Translations under genes and position numbers: made by a program
Shown here: piece by piece, positions 51,033 to 61,257 of the stretch
Layout of the letters: every line of letters begins with the position of its first letter
Numbering within the stretch: the first letter of the stretch is position 1
The notes under the pieces: generated by a model
Databases searched by the model: none
The model's input: the letters and a program-made list of their open reading frames with translations, nothing else
What the model was told of the DNA's origin: nothing
Assembly (NCBI GenBank): GCA_947624525.1
Contig: CANQKT010000001.1
Span: 26,113-90,112 of the forward strand
Direction of reading: 5' to 3'
Length of the DNA stretch: 64,000 nt
Origin: an uncultured Clostridia bacterium
Lineage (GTDB): Bacteria > Bacillota > Clostridia > TANB77 > CAG-508

Positions 51033-52748
51033 TTATTCCGAAATCTTTTTCATCTCCTCAAACCTCTTAACCTTAGCAGTAGTAGTCTTGATCATAGGCT
51101 CCTTCGTAATAATCAAATTCTTAATGTGCTTATAGGTAGTCAATCTACTGTTAATCTCCTTGATATCCTTCCAAATAATATCCTTCAAAGCATCCTCACT
51201 AATATCACCAAATTTTTGCTTAACATAAGTCTCATTATAGACTACCTTCACAGAAACAACTAAATCATCATCTTTTGGCATTCCGAATACCATACTTTCA
51301 TCAACATATGGTAAATCATTAATAAGCATTTCCAATTCCTCTGGGTATACGTTTTTTCCATTTTTTAAAACAATAACATTCTTCTTTCTACCAGCAATAA
51401 AAATGAATCCATCTTTATCTATATATCCTAAATCACCAGTATAAAACCATCCATCTTTTAGGACTTCATTTGTTGCTTCTTCATCTTCATAATATCCAAG
51501 CATTACATTAGGACCTTTGGCCACTATTTCACCTATTCCTTCTTCATTTGGATTAACTATTTTCATTTCTATATCTGGAAATGGAAGTCCAATTGAACCA
51601 TATCTAATTGCCTTTTTATTTTCTGCAGCAAGTACAGGTGATGTTTCTGTTAAACCATAACCTTGTACAGTTAAAATTCCAAAATCATTAAAACCTTGTG
51701 CCACATTTTTATCTATGGCTGATGCTCCACTTACAACAAATCTTAACTTACCACCTAAATTATCTAAAATTTCCTTGAACAATTTTCTTCTAATATCAAT
51801 TCCAAATTTAAGTAAAAATCGACTTATTTTTATACCTTTCTTTACTTTTTCCATCTTTCCTTGCTTTTCAATTTGATGCATAATTTTTTTATACATTGCT
51901 TCTAATAATAATGGAACACATACAAAACATGAAACATGATATTCTTTTAAATTATCTTGTATATATCTTAATCCATCACAGAAAACATTCATTGCTCCTT
52001 TTGATATGAAAAATGTTAATCCTGTTGAACCAAATGTATGATGAAATGGTAGAAATGCCATATTTACATCATTACTGTCTGCATATTCCATACATGACAT
52101 ACTATATATGTTGCTAACGATATTATAATGTGACAACATAACAGCTTTTGCAAGAGATGTAGTTCCAGAAGTAAAAATTATTGTTGCCATTTTTTTATTA
52201 TCTATTTCAGAATCTATGTATATATTATTTCCTTTTGCTAGTTCTTCTTTACCTATTTTTTTGATTTCTACAATAGTTTTAAATTCATTATTATCAGTGT
52301 TTTCCATGCATATTGCATCTTTTAAGCTAGTTGTTTTTTTATTCATTATATTTTGAATTTGTTCTTTATATTTTTCTTCGAAAACAATAACTTCTGCTCT
52401 ACATCTTTTTAAGGATAATTCTATTTCCGCTTCTGGTAATCCTTTATCTAATGGCACTATTATACCTAATCCATTTATAACTCCATAATATGTGAGTGCC
52501 CATTCATAACTATTTTTACCAATTACAGCTATTCTTTTATCTTTATATCCTAATTTAGCAAGACCTGTTCCAAATTCATTTATATCTTTTTGAAATTCTG
52601 CATAGGTTATATTTGTATATGAAACATTTTTCCCATCTTTATGCTTTATTTTAAAAGCTATATTATTAGGGTATAATCTTACTGTGTTTGAGACTATGTC
52701 TCTTATGTTCTCAAATCTTTGAACATTATATAATTTTTCATTTTTCAT
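51033..52748 (-). CDS. AMP-dependent synthetase/ligase (long-chain fatty acid--CoA ligase-like)
   Basis: AMP-binding motifs (TSGTTSLAKAV, YGLTE) and a C-terminal domain; 571 aa. Confidence 0.75.
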   Translation of the reverse strand: MKNEKLYNVQRFENIRDIVSNTVRLYPNNIAFKIKHKDGKNVSYTNITYAEFQKDINEFGTGLAKLGYKDKRIAVIGKNSYEWALTYYGVINGLGIIVPLDKGLPEAEIELSLKRCRAEVIVFEEKYKEQIQNIMNKKTTSLKDAICMENTDNNEFKTIVEIKKIGKEELAKGNNIYIDSEIDNKKMATIIFTSGTTSLAKAVMLSHYNIVSNIYSMSCMEYADSNDVNMAFLPFHHTFGSTGLTFFISKGAMNVFCDGLRYIQDNLKEYHVSCFVCVPLLLEAMYKKIMHQIEKQGKMEKVKKGIKISRFLLKFGIDIRRKLFKEILDNLGGKLRFVVSGASAIDKNVAQGFNDFGILTVQGYGLTETSPVLAAENKKAIRYGSIGLPFPDIEMKIVNPNEEGIGEIVAKGPNVMLGYYEDEEATNEVLKDGWFYTGDLGYIDKDGFIFIAGRKKNVIVLKNGKNVYPEELEMLINDLPYVDESMVFGMPKDDDLVVSVKVVYNETYVKQKFGDISEDALKDIIWKDIKEINSRLTTYKHIKNLIITKEPMIKTTTAKVKRFEEMKKISE

Positions 52749-52914
52749 TGGCTAAATCAATCCTTCCTTTATGTGTGAGAGAATGTCTTAATAGGCTGTT
52801 TTACTGGTAAATTTAGTAAAATTTAAATCACATCTTTAATTCTATATTTGATTATCTCATAAGTGTAACTATTTTGCAAGAGCATTGATAATATTGATGT
52901 GATTTTAGTTACTA

Positions 52915-52950
52915 TTTTAAAAAGCGTCACTGCATAGCAGTAACGCTTTT
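52915..52950 (-). terminator. Hairpin terminator downstream of the amidase gene
   Basis: AGCGTCACTGC-ATA-GCAGTAACGCT with flanking A/T runs. Confidence 0.5.
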
Positions 52951-52980
52951 TTGTTATTTTTAAACTCTCATTAACACGAC

Positions 52981-53940
52981 TTAAACTATTTGAATCTGCA
53001 CCCCATCAACAGCACAACCTAAATTTCCAGCATACCCATTTATATCATCATTTACATCATAACCCGTTACCCAAGGTAACCATGAACCCTTTACTACATG
53101 AACTCTGTATCTTGCTGTTCCTTTAGTAGCCTTAATCATAACTGCATCAATATCTTTACCATAAATGCCTGCATAATCATCTCCATTGTTATCTTTTTCT
53201 CTATCTGTCACCTCATCATGCCATGTTCCATTTAGAGAATGAACTTTATATACAAGCTTCCCTGCTACAGCTTCATCTCCAACAGTATTTGCCCTTAATG
53301 CACTTATAGGTTTTCCGTAAATACCTGCATATCCATTAGCCGTATTGTTACAATTTACAACATCTTCTAACCATCCATTAACATATGCTTGATATTTTAC
53401 ATCTATTTTCTCTGTAGGTATTGGCGTAGGAATAACTCCTCCCTGATTTATCAAATTAGCTTGTTCTACAATATAGTCCATTTTACTTAATAGATATTCT
53501 CCTGGACACGTAGTAGAAGAAAACATCCTATGCCATGTTAAATTTTTTTCCTTAACTATAGTACCCAAGTTGTTTCTTTTTGCTATATCTGCAACTAGTT
53601 TTATAAGGCTATTTAATGCCATATCAGATACTTTCCAACTTTCTCCAATTTCACAATTAGATACCTCTATTGTAACTGATTTACAATTACTATCCCAATT
53701 AGAATTAGTCCAAGCAGTATCTTCTTCATTTACATATTGACCAATACGACCATCAGAATCTATTCCATAATGACTAGATCCATTTCTACCTACTTTTTGA
53801 AACACTTTCCCACAATTTTCTACTGATAATATCCCTGCCATATGATGTATGGTTATAAATTCAATCTTCTTTCCACTTCTACCTTTTGTATAATTCCCAG
53901 TATATGCAGGAACTTCGACATTTACTAACTTACTATTCAT
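52981..53940 (-). CDS. N-acetylmuramoyl-L-alanine amidase (amidase_2/PGRP fold) with C-terminal repeats
   Basis: Zinc-binding IHHMAG and TWHR...CPG motifs. Repeated GYAGIYGK segments in the C-terminal half. Confidence 0.7.
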   Translation of the reverse strand: MNSKLVNVEVPAYTGNYTKGRSGKKIEFITIHHMAGILSVENCGKVFQKVGRNGSSHYGIDSDGRIGQYVNEEDTAWTNSNWDSNCKSVTIEVSNCEIGESWKVSDMALNSLIKLVADIAKRNNLGTIVKEKNLTWHRMFSSTTCPGEYLLSKMDYIVEQANLINQGGVIPTPIPTEKIDVKYQAYVNGWLEDVVNCNNTANGYAGIYGKPISALRANTVGDEAVAGKLVYKVHSLNGTWHDEVTDREKDNNGDDYAGIYGKDIDAVMIKATKGTARYRVHVVKGSWLPWVTGYDVNDDINGYAGNLGCAVDGVQIQIV

Positions 53941-54060
53941 TGCTTACCTCTCCTTTTCCATCTGACAGTTCTTCTAACATTTCTTCTATCAAGATTATTT
54001 CTTCCATTTAACATTCCTCCCGTCTATATATAATATTCTTGAATAGAAAAAAAGGTTCAG

Positions 54061-54115
54061 AGAAATTTAGGGACGTTCCTTAAATTTCTCAGGAACGTCC
54101 CTAAATTTCTCTGTA
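54061..54115. repeat. Two adjacent copies of the dispersed palindromic element (GAGAAATTTAGGGACGTTCCTTAAATTTCTC + AGGAACGTCCCTAAATTTCTC)
   Basis: Near-perfect 31-bp palindrome plus a second half-copy. Confidence 0.65.
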
Positions 54116-54120
54116 ATATA

Positions 54121-54846
54121 TCATAGTCTTAAAATATCATTATATGCCACAAAAATGGATAATGTAATTAATATAAAGAATCCAGCCGATTGTAAAGCCA
54201 TTTCGAATTTTTGATTAAAAGGTTTTTTTCTAATTCCCTCTATAATCAAAAGAACTATCTTTCCCCCGTCAAGTGGTGGAAATGGTAACAAGTTTGTTAC
54301 ACCTAGTGATAATGATATAACAGATAAAATATATATAAAATCTGCTATACCTGATGTTTTAGAAACAATATTTGAAATTCCCACCGGACCAGTCATTTGA
54401 TTTATGGTAACATTTCCTGTAAAAATTTGTGCAATACCTTCAAACATAGTTTTTATAAATATACCTAAATTATAAAATGCATTTCTAATTCCTACAAAAC
54501 TTGCTGATAAACACCAAAATACAATTATTGCAAATATAATATTTACCAACCCACCTGCTGCTACTATGGCAATTCTTTTTATTATACTAGCTTCACTAAA
54601 AGAACCTTCTTTTGTTGACTTTTCATCCTCACCTTCCATGCTTACAAAACCACCTAGTGGAATTAAACGTAATGCATATTTTGTAACTTTACCTTGTTTT
54701 TTCCAGATGGTTGGTCCAAATCCGATTGCAAATTCGTTGACTCTTACCTTACATAATTTTGCAATAAAAAAATGACCACTTTCATGTATTAAAACTAGAA
54801 CTCCTAACAGGAAAATAATTTTTATAGCATTAACAATGATACTCAA
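54121..54846 (-). CDS. M50-family site-2 metalloprotease (RseP/RasP-like but lacking a PDZ domain)
   Basis: HESGH zinc motif and LDGG motif. Only 241 aa, with no PDZ insert. Confidence 0.6.
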   Translation of the reverse strand: MSIIVNAIKIIFLLGVLVLIHESGHFFIAKLCKVRVNEFAIGFGPTIWKKQGKVTKYALRLIPLGGFVSMEGEDEKSTKEGSFSEASIIKRIAIVAAGGLVNIIFAIIVFWCLSASFVGIRNAFYNLGIFIKTMFEGIAQIFTGNVTINQMTGPVGISNIVSKTSGIADFIYILSVISLSLGVTNLLPFPPLDGGKIVLLIIEGIRKKPFNQKFEMALQSAGFFILITLSIFVAYNDILRL

Positions 54847-54887
54847 ATTCGATCCTCCAATTCATACATATATAATTATTCATATTT

Positions 54888-55691
54888 TTAAATTAACATT
54901 AATAAAAAGTATGCAAAAGGTGCAATAAATATTACACTATCTATTCTGTCTAACATTCCTCCGTGTCCAGGAAACAAGTTACTAAAGTCTTTAATTCCAA
55001 CATATCTTTTAATAGTTGATGCTGAAAAGTCTCCAACCTGTCCAATAATACTTAGTACAATTCCAATTACACCAATCAATATATAGTTTATGTTCATACC
55101 ATATATATTATTTAGAAATATAGTATATGATATAATAAACACTAGTGAGCCTAAGGCTCCACCTATACATCCTTCAATAGATTTCTTAGGGCTTATTGGA
55201 CTAAATTTATGTTTTCCAAATTTTCTTCCTACAAAATATGCAAATACATCAGTTCCCCATGCTGCAAATATTATATACCATACTAGTAACTTACCATTCT
55301 CACGTCCCATAAGTGTAGGAATAAATAATAAAAATATTACTATATAGCAAATTCCAAAAAGAGTTAATGCAATGTCTACAATGTTTATTTTCATATTACT
55401 GATTATTACATGTAAAAATAGTATTAGAATTGTTGTTGGAATTAGTATTCCAATTATGTTTACTAAATATTCAGTAGGAATAATATGAATAAAGGCCATT
55501 AAAGCACATGCAAAATAACCTATCCATATAACTGGTCTTGATTTTAATTTTAGAGCATTATTATATTCATATATAGCGCATGCAGCAGTAATTGCAAATA
55601 AGACATCTATAACATATTTGTTTCCAAAAATTAAAATACATGCTACAACTGGAAATCCAATTAATGCTGTTATAATACGTTTCATATTCAT
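54888..55691 (-). CDS. cdsA: Phosphatidate cytidylyltransferase
   Basis: Polytopic membrane protein ending with the CTP-transferase signature (GHGGMLDRIDS). Its ATG overlaps the uppS stop as ATGA/TAG. GGAGGA RBS. Confidence 0.8.
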   Translation of the reverse strand: MNMKRIITALIGFPVVACILIFGNKYVIDVLFAITAACAIYEYNNALKLKSRPVIWIGYFACALMAFIHIIPTEYLVNIIGILIPTTILILFLHVIISNMKINIVDIALTLFGICYIVIFLLFIPTLMGRENGKLLVWYIIFAAWGTDVFAYFVGRKFGKHKFSPISPKKSIEGCIGGALGSLVFIISYTIFLNNIYGMNINYILIGVIGIVLSIIGQVGDFSASTIKRYVGIKDFSNLFPGHGGMLDRIDSVIFIAPFAYFLLMLI

Positions 55692-55692
55692 A

Positions 55693-56400
55693 CTATTTTC
55701 CTCCAAACTTTCTAATTCTTTTGTTAAATTCTCGTATTGCATCAAGTAAATCTTTTTCACCAAAATCTGGCCAGTATTTATTTGTAAAATAGAATTCTGA
55801 ATATACTAATTGCCATGGTAGGAAGTTACTTGTACGTAACTCTCCTCCTGTTCTAATTAGTAAATCTGGGTCTGGCTGGTTTTCAGTATATAAATTTTGC
55901 TGAATTACTTTTTCATCTATATCTTCTATATTTAATTCATTATTTTTTAATTTGATTGCAATTTGTTTCATTGCATTTGTTATCTCTGCTCTTCCACCGT
56001 AATTAAAAGCAATGTTTAGTGTAAGACCTGTACAATCTTTTGTACGTTCTATACAATCTTTTATACTTTTTTTCAATTTCATGTCTAAAATTTCAATATT
56101 TCCTAATACTTTTATTTTGATATTATCTTCATTTGCACTTTTAGAAAATTTTTTTAAATAATTTTTCAATAATATCATTAATGAAGATATTTCTTGTTCA
56201 CTTCTTTTCCAATTTTCAGTTGAAAAAGCATATACGGTTAGATATTTAACTCCTATTTTATTGCAATATTTTGCAAGATACTCTAAATTTTCTGCACCAG
56301 CCTTATGACCTTCTGATGACAGCTTTCCCTTTTCCTTTGCCCAACGTCTATTTCCATCCATAATAATTGCAATATGTTGTGGTATATTTGTTTGATTATA
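55693..56400 (-). CDS. uppS: Undecaprenyl-diphosphate synthase
   Basis: HIAIIMDGNRRWA and the downstream cis-IPPS motifs. Confidence 0.85.
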   Translation of the reverse strand, partial: YNQTNIPQHIAIIMDGNRRWAKEKGKLSSEGHKAGAENLEYLAKYCNKIGVKYLTVYAFSTENWKRSEQEISSLMILLKNYLKKFSKSANEDNIKIKVLGNIEILDMKLKKSIKDCIERTKDCTGLTLNIAFNYGGRAEITNAMKQIAIKLKNNELNIEDIDEKVIQQNLYTENQPDPDLLIRTGGELRTSNFLPWQLVYSEFYFTNKYWPDFGEKDLLDAIREFNKRIRKFGGK

Positions 56401-56416
56401 CATAAAAGACTCCTTT

Positions 56417-57298
56417 TTACTTATTTCTATTTGCAATATACAAAGCTAGTTGTTTTAAAAATTCGTTATTATCAAATGAACTGATACTTTTAATTGCTTG
56501 TTCTGTTATTTCATTTAACATTTGTTGTGCATTTTCCAAACCATATTTGGTTACATATGTACATTTTCCTAATTTTCTGTCATTTCCAACAGGTTTTCCT
56601 AATTCTTTTTCATCACCAATTTCAGATAATATATCATCTTTTATTTGAAATGCCAATCCTATTTTTTTTGCATAAATTGTTAATTTGTCAAGTTCTTCTT
56701 CTGTTGCGCCACCAAGAACAGCACCTATTCTAACACAAGCTTTTATTAGTGCACCTGTTTTATTCTTATGCATATACTCTAAATATTGGCTTAATATTTC
56801 TTTTCCTTCATATTCTGTATCTATGTATTCACCTGCAATCATTCTGTCAGTTCCACATGATAATTCGTAAAGTGCTTGTAGCTTTATATTTTTATCTTCT
56901 TCATTATTAATAATATCTTCTAAGATTAGATTATATGCATAATTTAATAAACTATCACCTGCCAATATTGCAGTTGATTCATTAAATTTTTTATGATTTG
57001 TTAGAATTCCTCTTCTATAATCATCATTATCAATTGCAGGTAAATCATCGTGAATCAAAGAAAATGTATGTATCATTTCAATGGCCACAGCAAAAATAAA
57101 TGTTTTTTCTATATCTTTGCCAAAAAGTTCATAAACGGACATTATTAAAACAGGTCTTATTCTTTTTCCTCCAGCCATTAGACTATATTCTACTGATGAA
57201 TTTAATAACTTTTCAGGACAATCCTCATTTTTTATATATTTTTTTAATTCTTGATTTATTAGTTCTGCTTTTTTATTTAATTCATATTTAAAATCCAT
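56417..57298 (-). CDS. Trans-polyprenyl diphosphate synthase (FPP/GGPP synthase family)
   Basis: First and second DDxxD motifs (LIHDDLPAIDNDDYRRG, FQIKDDILS). Start probably MDFKYELNK. An extended -10 promoter (TGgTATAAT) lies inside the frr 3' end. Confidence 0.8.
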   Translation of the reverse strand: MDFKYELNKKAELINQELKKYIKNEDCPEKLLNSSVEYSLMAGGKRIRPVLIMSVYELFGKDIEKTFIFAVAIEMIHTFSLIHDDLPAIDNDDYRRGILTNHKKFNESTAILAGDSLLNYAYNLILEDIINNEEDKNIKLQALYELSCGTDRMIAGEYIDTEYEGKEILSQYLEYMHKNKTGALIKACVRIGAVLGGATEEELDKLTIYAKKIGLAFQIKDDILSEIGDEKELGKPVGNDRKLGKCTYVTKYGLENAQQMLNEITEQAIKSISSFDNNEFLKQLALYIANRNK

Positions 57299-57371
57299 AA
57301 AGTTGTATATTAGTAAAACTAATATTTCCCCCTTCCGTGCTGTATATCTTTGAATAAGATTATACCAATTT

Positions 57372-57920
57372 TTACACACTCATAACTTCTTTTTCTTTGT
57401 TAGCCAATATAGTGTCAATTTCATTTATTTTATTATCAGTAATTTTTTGAACTTCTTCTTCTGCAATTTTTAGTTCATCCTCAGTAATTTTAGAATCTTT
57501 TTGTTGTTTTCTATAATTATCTATTGCCTCTCTTCTTATTGATCTTACTGCGACTTTAGCATCTTCTGCTAATTTTTTTATATCTTTTACTATTTCTTTT
57601 CTTCTCTCTTCATTTAATTCAGGAAATGCTAGTCTTATAACCTTTCCATCATTATTTGGATTAATTCCTATATCTGATTTTAAAATTTCCTTTTCTATTT
57701 CTTTTAAAATACTTGCATCCCATGGTTGAATAACTATTAATCTAGCCTCAGGAACTGATACTCCAGCTACCTGACTAATTGGTGTTGGTACACCATAATA
57801 ATCTACTTTAATTTTGTTCAATATTGCAGGATTTGCACGACCTGCTCTTATTTCTGATAAATTTTCTGAATAAACACTTATTGTTTTATCCATCTTTTCT
57901 TTAACTTCACTATAATCCAT
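57372..57920 (-). CDS. frr: Ribosome recycling factor
   Basis: 182 aa with typical RRF sequence (ISQVAGVSVPEARLIVIQPWD). Confidence 0.9.
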   Translation of the reverse strand: MDYSEVKEKMDKTISVYSENLSEIRAGRANPAILNKIKVDYYGVPTPISQVAGVSVPEARLIVIQPWDASILKEIEKEILKSDIGINPNNDGKVIRLAFPELNEERRKEIVKDIKKLAEDAKVAVRSIRREAIDNYRKQQKDSKITEDELKIAEEEVQKITDNKINEIDTILANKEKEVMSV

Positions 57921-57935
57921 AATTCTCTCTCCTTT

Positions 57936-58643
57936 TTATTTTACTAAAGTTCCAACTCTTTCACCTTTAACTGCTTTTACCATATTTCCTCTTTCGTTCA
58001 TGGCAAAAACAATTAATGGTATGTTATTATCTCTACATAGAGATGTTGCTGTTGAATCCATCACTTTTAAATCTTTATTTAATATATCTAAATAACTAAT
58101 TTCATCATATTTTATTGCATTAGAGTCTACTTTTGGGTCTGCCGAATATACTCCATCAATTGTCTTAGCTACCAAAATTACTTCTGCATCAATTTCTGCT
58201 GCTCTTAATGCTGCACAAGTATCTGTAGTAAAGAAAGGATTTCCTGTTCCTGCAGCAAAAATTACTACTCTTCCTTTTTCTAAATGTTTTGTTGCCTTTC
58301 TTTTTATATATGGTTCTGCTATTTCCCTCATTTCTATAGCAGTTTGAACTCTTGTAAACATTCCTTTTGCTTCTAAAGCATCTTGTAAAGCTAAGGCATT
58401 TATTGTTGTTGCAAGCATTCCCATGTAATCTGAAGTTGTTCTTTCCATATTATGACCATATTTGCCTCTCCAAAAATTTCCTCCTCCAACTACTATTGCA
58501 ACTTCTACTCCTAATTTCCTTAAGTCCTTAATTTGAGATGTTATATCATCTACTACTTTTGGTGATATTCCTGTTCCGTTTTCTCCTGCTAATGCCTCTC
58601 CACTTAATTTCAATAGGATTCTTTTATACTTGACTTCGGACAT
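57936..58643 (-). CDS. pyrH: UMP kinase
   Basis: [12 protein letters not shown] and [10 protein letters not shown] motifs. Start [10 protein letters not shown]. Confidence 0.9.
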   Translation of the reverse strand: MSEVKYKRILLKLSGEALAGENGTGISPKVVDDITSQIKDLRKLGVEVAIVVGGGNFWRGKYGHNMERTTSDYMGMLATTINALALQDALEAKGMFTRVQTAIEMREIAEPYIKRKATKHLEKGRVVIFAAGTGNPFFTTDTCAALRAAEIDAEVILVAKTIDGVYSADPKVDSNAIKYDEISYLDILNKDLKVMDSTATSLCRDNNIPLIVFAMNERGNMVKAVKGERVGTLVK

Positions 58644-58780
58644 TTTTACACTCTCCTTTAAAAAATTTTTTACAATTGCTATTCTATCATAAAACGATAA
58701 AAAAAGCACCTATTTTTGAAAAATTTTCAAAAAATATGTGCTTATTTAACTTTTTATCTCATGTTTCATCTTTAAAGATT

Positions 58781-59110
58781 TTATATTTTAAAATTATATC
58801 TTTTTATTTTCTTATATGCATACACAAGTACTGCAATTATTACTAATCCTACTGACATATATATAGCTGTTTCAAATACACCTGCTTGTGGATGTGGTGT
58901 AGTTGCAGTAGTTGATTTATTTTGTGGCGCTTGTGTTGGCGTTGGCGTTGAAGTTGGCGTTGGTGTTGGTGTTGGTGTTGAAGTTGGTGTTTCCTCTTCA
59001 ACTTCCTTATAGTCATCATAACTATTAGCAGCACTAGCCTTAACTGAAAAAGCAAATATTAGTGTTGTCATTATCAAAATCATAAATAAAATCTTACTAT
59101 ATTTTCTCAT
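58781..59110 (-). CDS. Small secreted/membrane protein with a Thr-Pro repeat linker
   Basis: AAGGAGAG RBS, signal peptide, (TP)n low-complexity segment encoded by GGYGTTGG repeats, and a C-terminal TM. Confidence 0.45.
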   Translation of the reverse strand: MRKYSKILFMILIMTTLIFAFSVKASAANSYDDYKEVEEETPTSTPTPTPTPTSTPTPTQAPQNKSTTATTPHPQAGVFETAIYMSVGLVIIAVLVYAYKKIKRYNFKI

Positions 59111-59281
59111 AAATTTCTCTCCTTTTTTCTTTTGAATATCATTTTTCAATATAATTTTACAATTAATATTTTTTTTCGTCAATATATTTTTTGCTTTTTT
59201 TTTATTTTTTATACTCATTATAATTAAAATCAAATTTTTAACCTATAGAATAGTTCAGATCGAATTTTACATAAAATCGTC

Positions 59282-60373
59282 TTACACATTAAATCTAAAT
59301 AAAACCACATCTCCATCCTTCATGACATATTCCTTACCCTCAGAACGGACAAGTCCTTTCTCTTTTGCAGCATTCATTGAACCTTCTTTTACTAAATCAT
59401 CATAAGAAACAACCTCAGCTCTTATAAATCCTCTCTCAATATCTGAATGTATCTTTCCTGCAGCTTGTGGAGCTTTTGTACCTTTTTTTATTGTCCATGC
59501 TCTAACTTCTGGCTCACCTGCTGTTAAAAAAGACATTAAGCCAAGTAAATCATAACTTGCCTTTATAACCTTATCTAATCCAGATTCTTCAAGGCCTAAC
59601 GCTTCTAGCATTTCTTGTTTATCTTCATTCTCCAAAGATGCTAATTCTTCCTCAATTTTTATGCATAGAGGTATGACTTGTGCACCTTCTGAATTTGCAT
59701 ATTCTACAACTTTTTTTATATTTTCATCATTTTGAACATTTTGAAGTTGTTCTTCTGAAACATTTGCTATATACAAAGTAGGTTTCATCGTTAATAAAAA
59801 AGTATCTTTTATTAATTCTTGTTCTTCCTCTGTCAATTCAACAGTTCTGGCACATTTACCTGCTTCCAAAACACTTTTTATTTTTTCAAGAGCATCTATT
59901 TCTGCTTGAGCCTTTTTATCTGCTTTTAATGCTTTTCTTGCTCTGTCTAATCTCTTTTCTAAAGTTTCTAAATCTGAAAAAATTAGTTCTAAGTTAATTG
60001 TTTCTATATCTCTTAAAGGATCTATGCTACCATCAACATGTACTACATTAGGATTTTCAAAACATCTTACAACTTGGGCTATGCTATCAACCTCTCTTAT
60101 GTGAGATAAAAACTTATTTCCTAACCCTTCTCCCTTACTTGCACCTTTTACTAATCCAGCAATATCTACAAATTCTATTATTGCATGTGTTACTTTTTGT
60201 GGTTTATACATTTCAGCTAATTTTTCTAGTCTTTCATCAGGAACAGGAACAACTCCTACATTTGGCTCTATTGTGCAAAATGGATAATTTGCACATTCTG
60301 CCCCTGCATCTGTAATTGCGTTAAACAGTGTACTTTTTCCAACATTTGGAAGTCCTACTATACCTATTTTCAT
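59282..60373 (-). CDS. ychF: Ribosome-binding ATPase YchF
   Basis: GLPNVGKST G1 motif, coiled-coil insert and a TGS C-terminal domain. Confidence 0.9.
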   Translation of the reverse strand: MKIGIVGLPNVGKSTLFNAITDAGAECANYPFCTIEPNVGVVPVPDERLEKLAEMYKPQKVTHAIIEFVDIAGLVKGASKGEGLGNKFLSHIREVDSIAQVVRCFENPNVVHVDGSIDPLRDIETINLELIFSDLETLEKRLDRARKALKADKKAQAEIDALEKIKSVLEAGKCARTVELTEEEQELIKDTFLLTMKPTLYIANVSEEQLQNVQNDENIKKVVEYANSEGAQVIPLCIKIEEELASLENEDKQEMLEALGLEESGLDKVIKASYDLLGLMSFLTAGEPEVRAWTIKKGTKAPQAAGKIHSDIERGFIRAEVVSYDDLVKEGSMNAAKEKGLVRSEGKEYVMKDGDVVLFRFNV

Positions 60374-60426
60374 AATTAATATCATTCTCCTCTTTGCTTT
60401 AATTTATTAGTCTTTCTTCATTATTT

Positions 60427-61197
60427 TTAAATATCCATATCTACAACTAAATCTTTATATTGAAGCCATGGATTATTTACATCAGGATCTGTTGGATCCC
60501 AGTTTCTTAATTCTTCATCATATGATGATAATTTTAAAATAGATTTTTTTATATCATTCGTGTCTGATTGGTCAACTTCTTCTGTACAAAATTCAACCTT
60601 CGTCCCTTTCTTGCAGTTATCATAAATCCATTTAGCATCTTCTACAGTTAAACGAACACAACCTTTAGATACAGGTTGTCCTAATTTATCATACTCCCAA
60701 TACTCAAGTGAAGATTTATCTTGTTTTGTATATGGGACTGAATGGAACAGAATTTGTCCTGTTATTCTTGTTGCATATTGCCCATAAACATTACCTACTA
60801 AATATCTCCATTCATATTTATCTGAAATTTCAAAAACTCCTTCATTTGGAGTTGCAATTCCAGTTGAACATATCATATTTTTTACAATAATATCGTTTTC
60901 ACTATTTTTATCTTCTAAATATATAGTAACAATTTGTTCTTTACAATTTACCTTTATATAATAAGATGATTGATCATTTTTTAAAATCTCTACTTTATAA
61001 TTTCCTATATTTTCTCCCTCACGTATTTCCGCAGTATTTATCTTGGAAATTTCAGTTTCAACAAGAATTTCTGTATTATTCAAATAACTCGTCATATTTG
61101 CTAAGATAATAATCTCAGCTATTATTAGTATGAAAATTGAATATACAATTATAAATATATTTTTCCTATTCCAATTAATTTTAACCATAATATTCAC
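60427..61197 (-). CDS. L,D-transpeptidase (YkuD domain)
   Basis: N-terminal TM, and a catalytic HSVPY...GCVRL motif. Confidence 0.75.
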   Translation of the reverse strand: MNIMVKINWNRKNIFIIVYSIFILIIAEIIILANMTSYLNNTEILVETEISKINTAEIREGENIGNYKVEILKNDQSSYYIKVNCKEQIVTIYLEDKNSENDIIVKNMICSTGIATPNEGVFEISDKYEWRYLVGNVYGQYATRITGQILFHSVPYTKQDKSSLEYWEYDKLGQPVSKGCVRLTVEDAKWIYDNCKKGTKVEFCTEEVDQSDTNDIKKSILKLSSYDEELRNWDPTDPDVNNPWLQYKDLVVDMDI

Positions 61198-61257
61198 CTG
61201 TCTTATATTTAAATTTGTTCTCTTTTGTTACACAAATATATAGTATTATTACATTGG

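Noticed and set aside
57300-57379. In-frame CGG in the 5' extension of the polyprenyl synthase ORF (MCKNWYNLIQRYTARKG...)
   Set aside because: The extension overlaps the frr 3' end and precedes the conserved MDFKYELNK start. It is probably untranslated, so it does not count against CGG avoidance.
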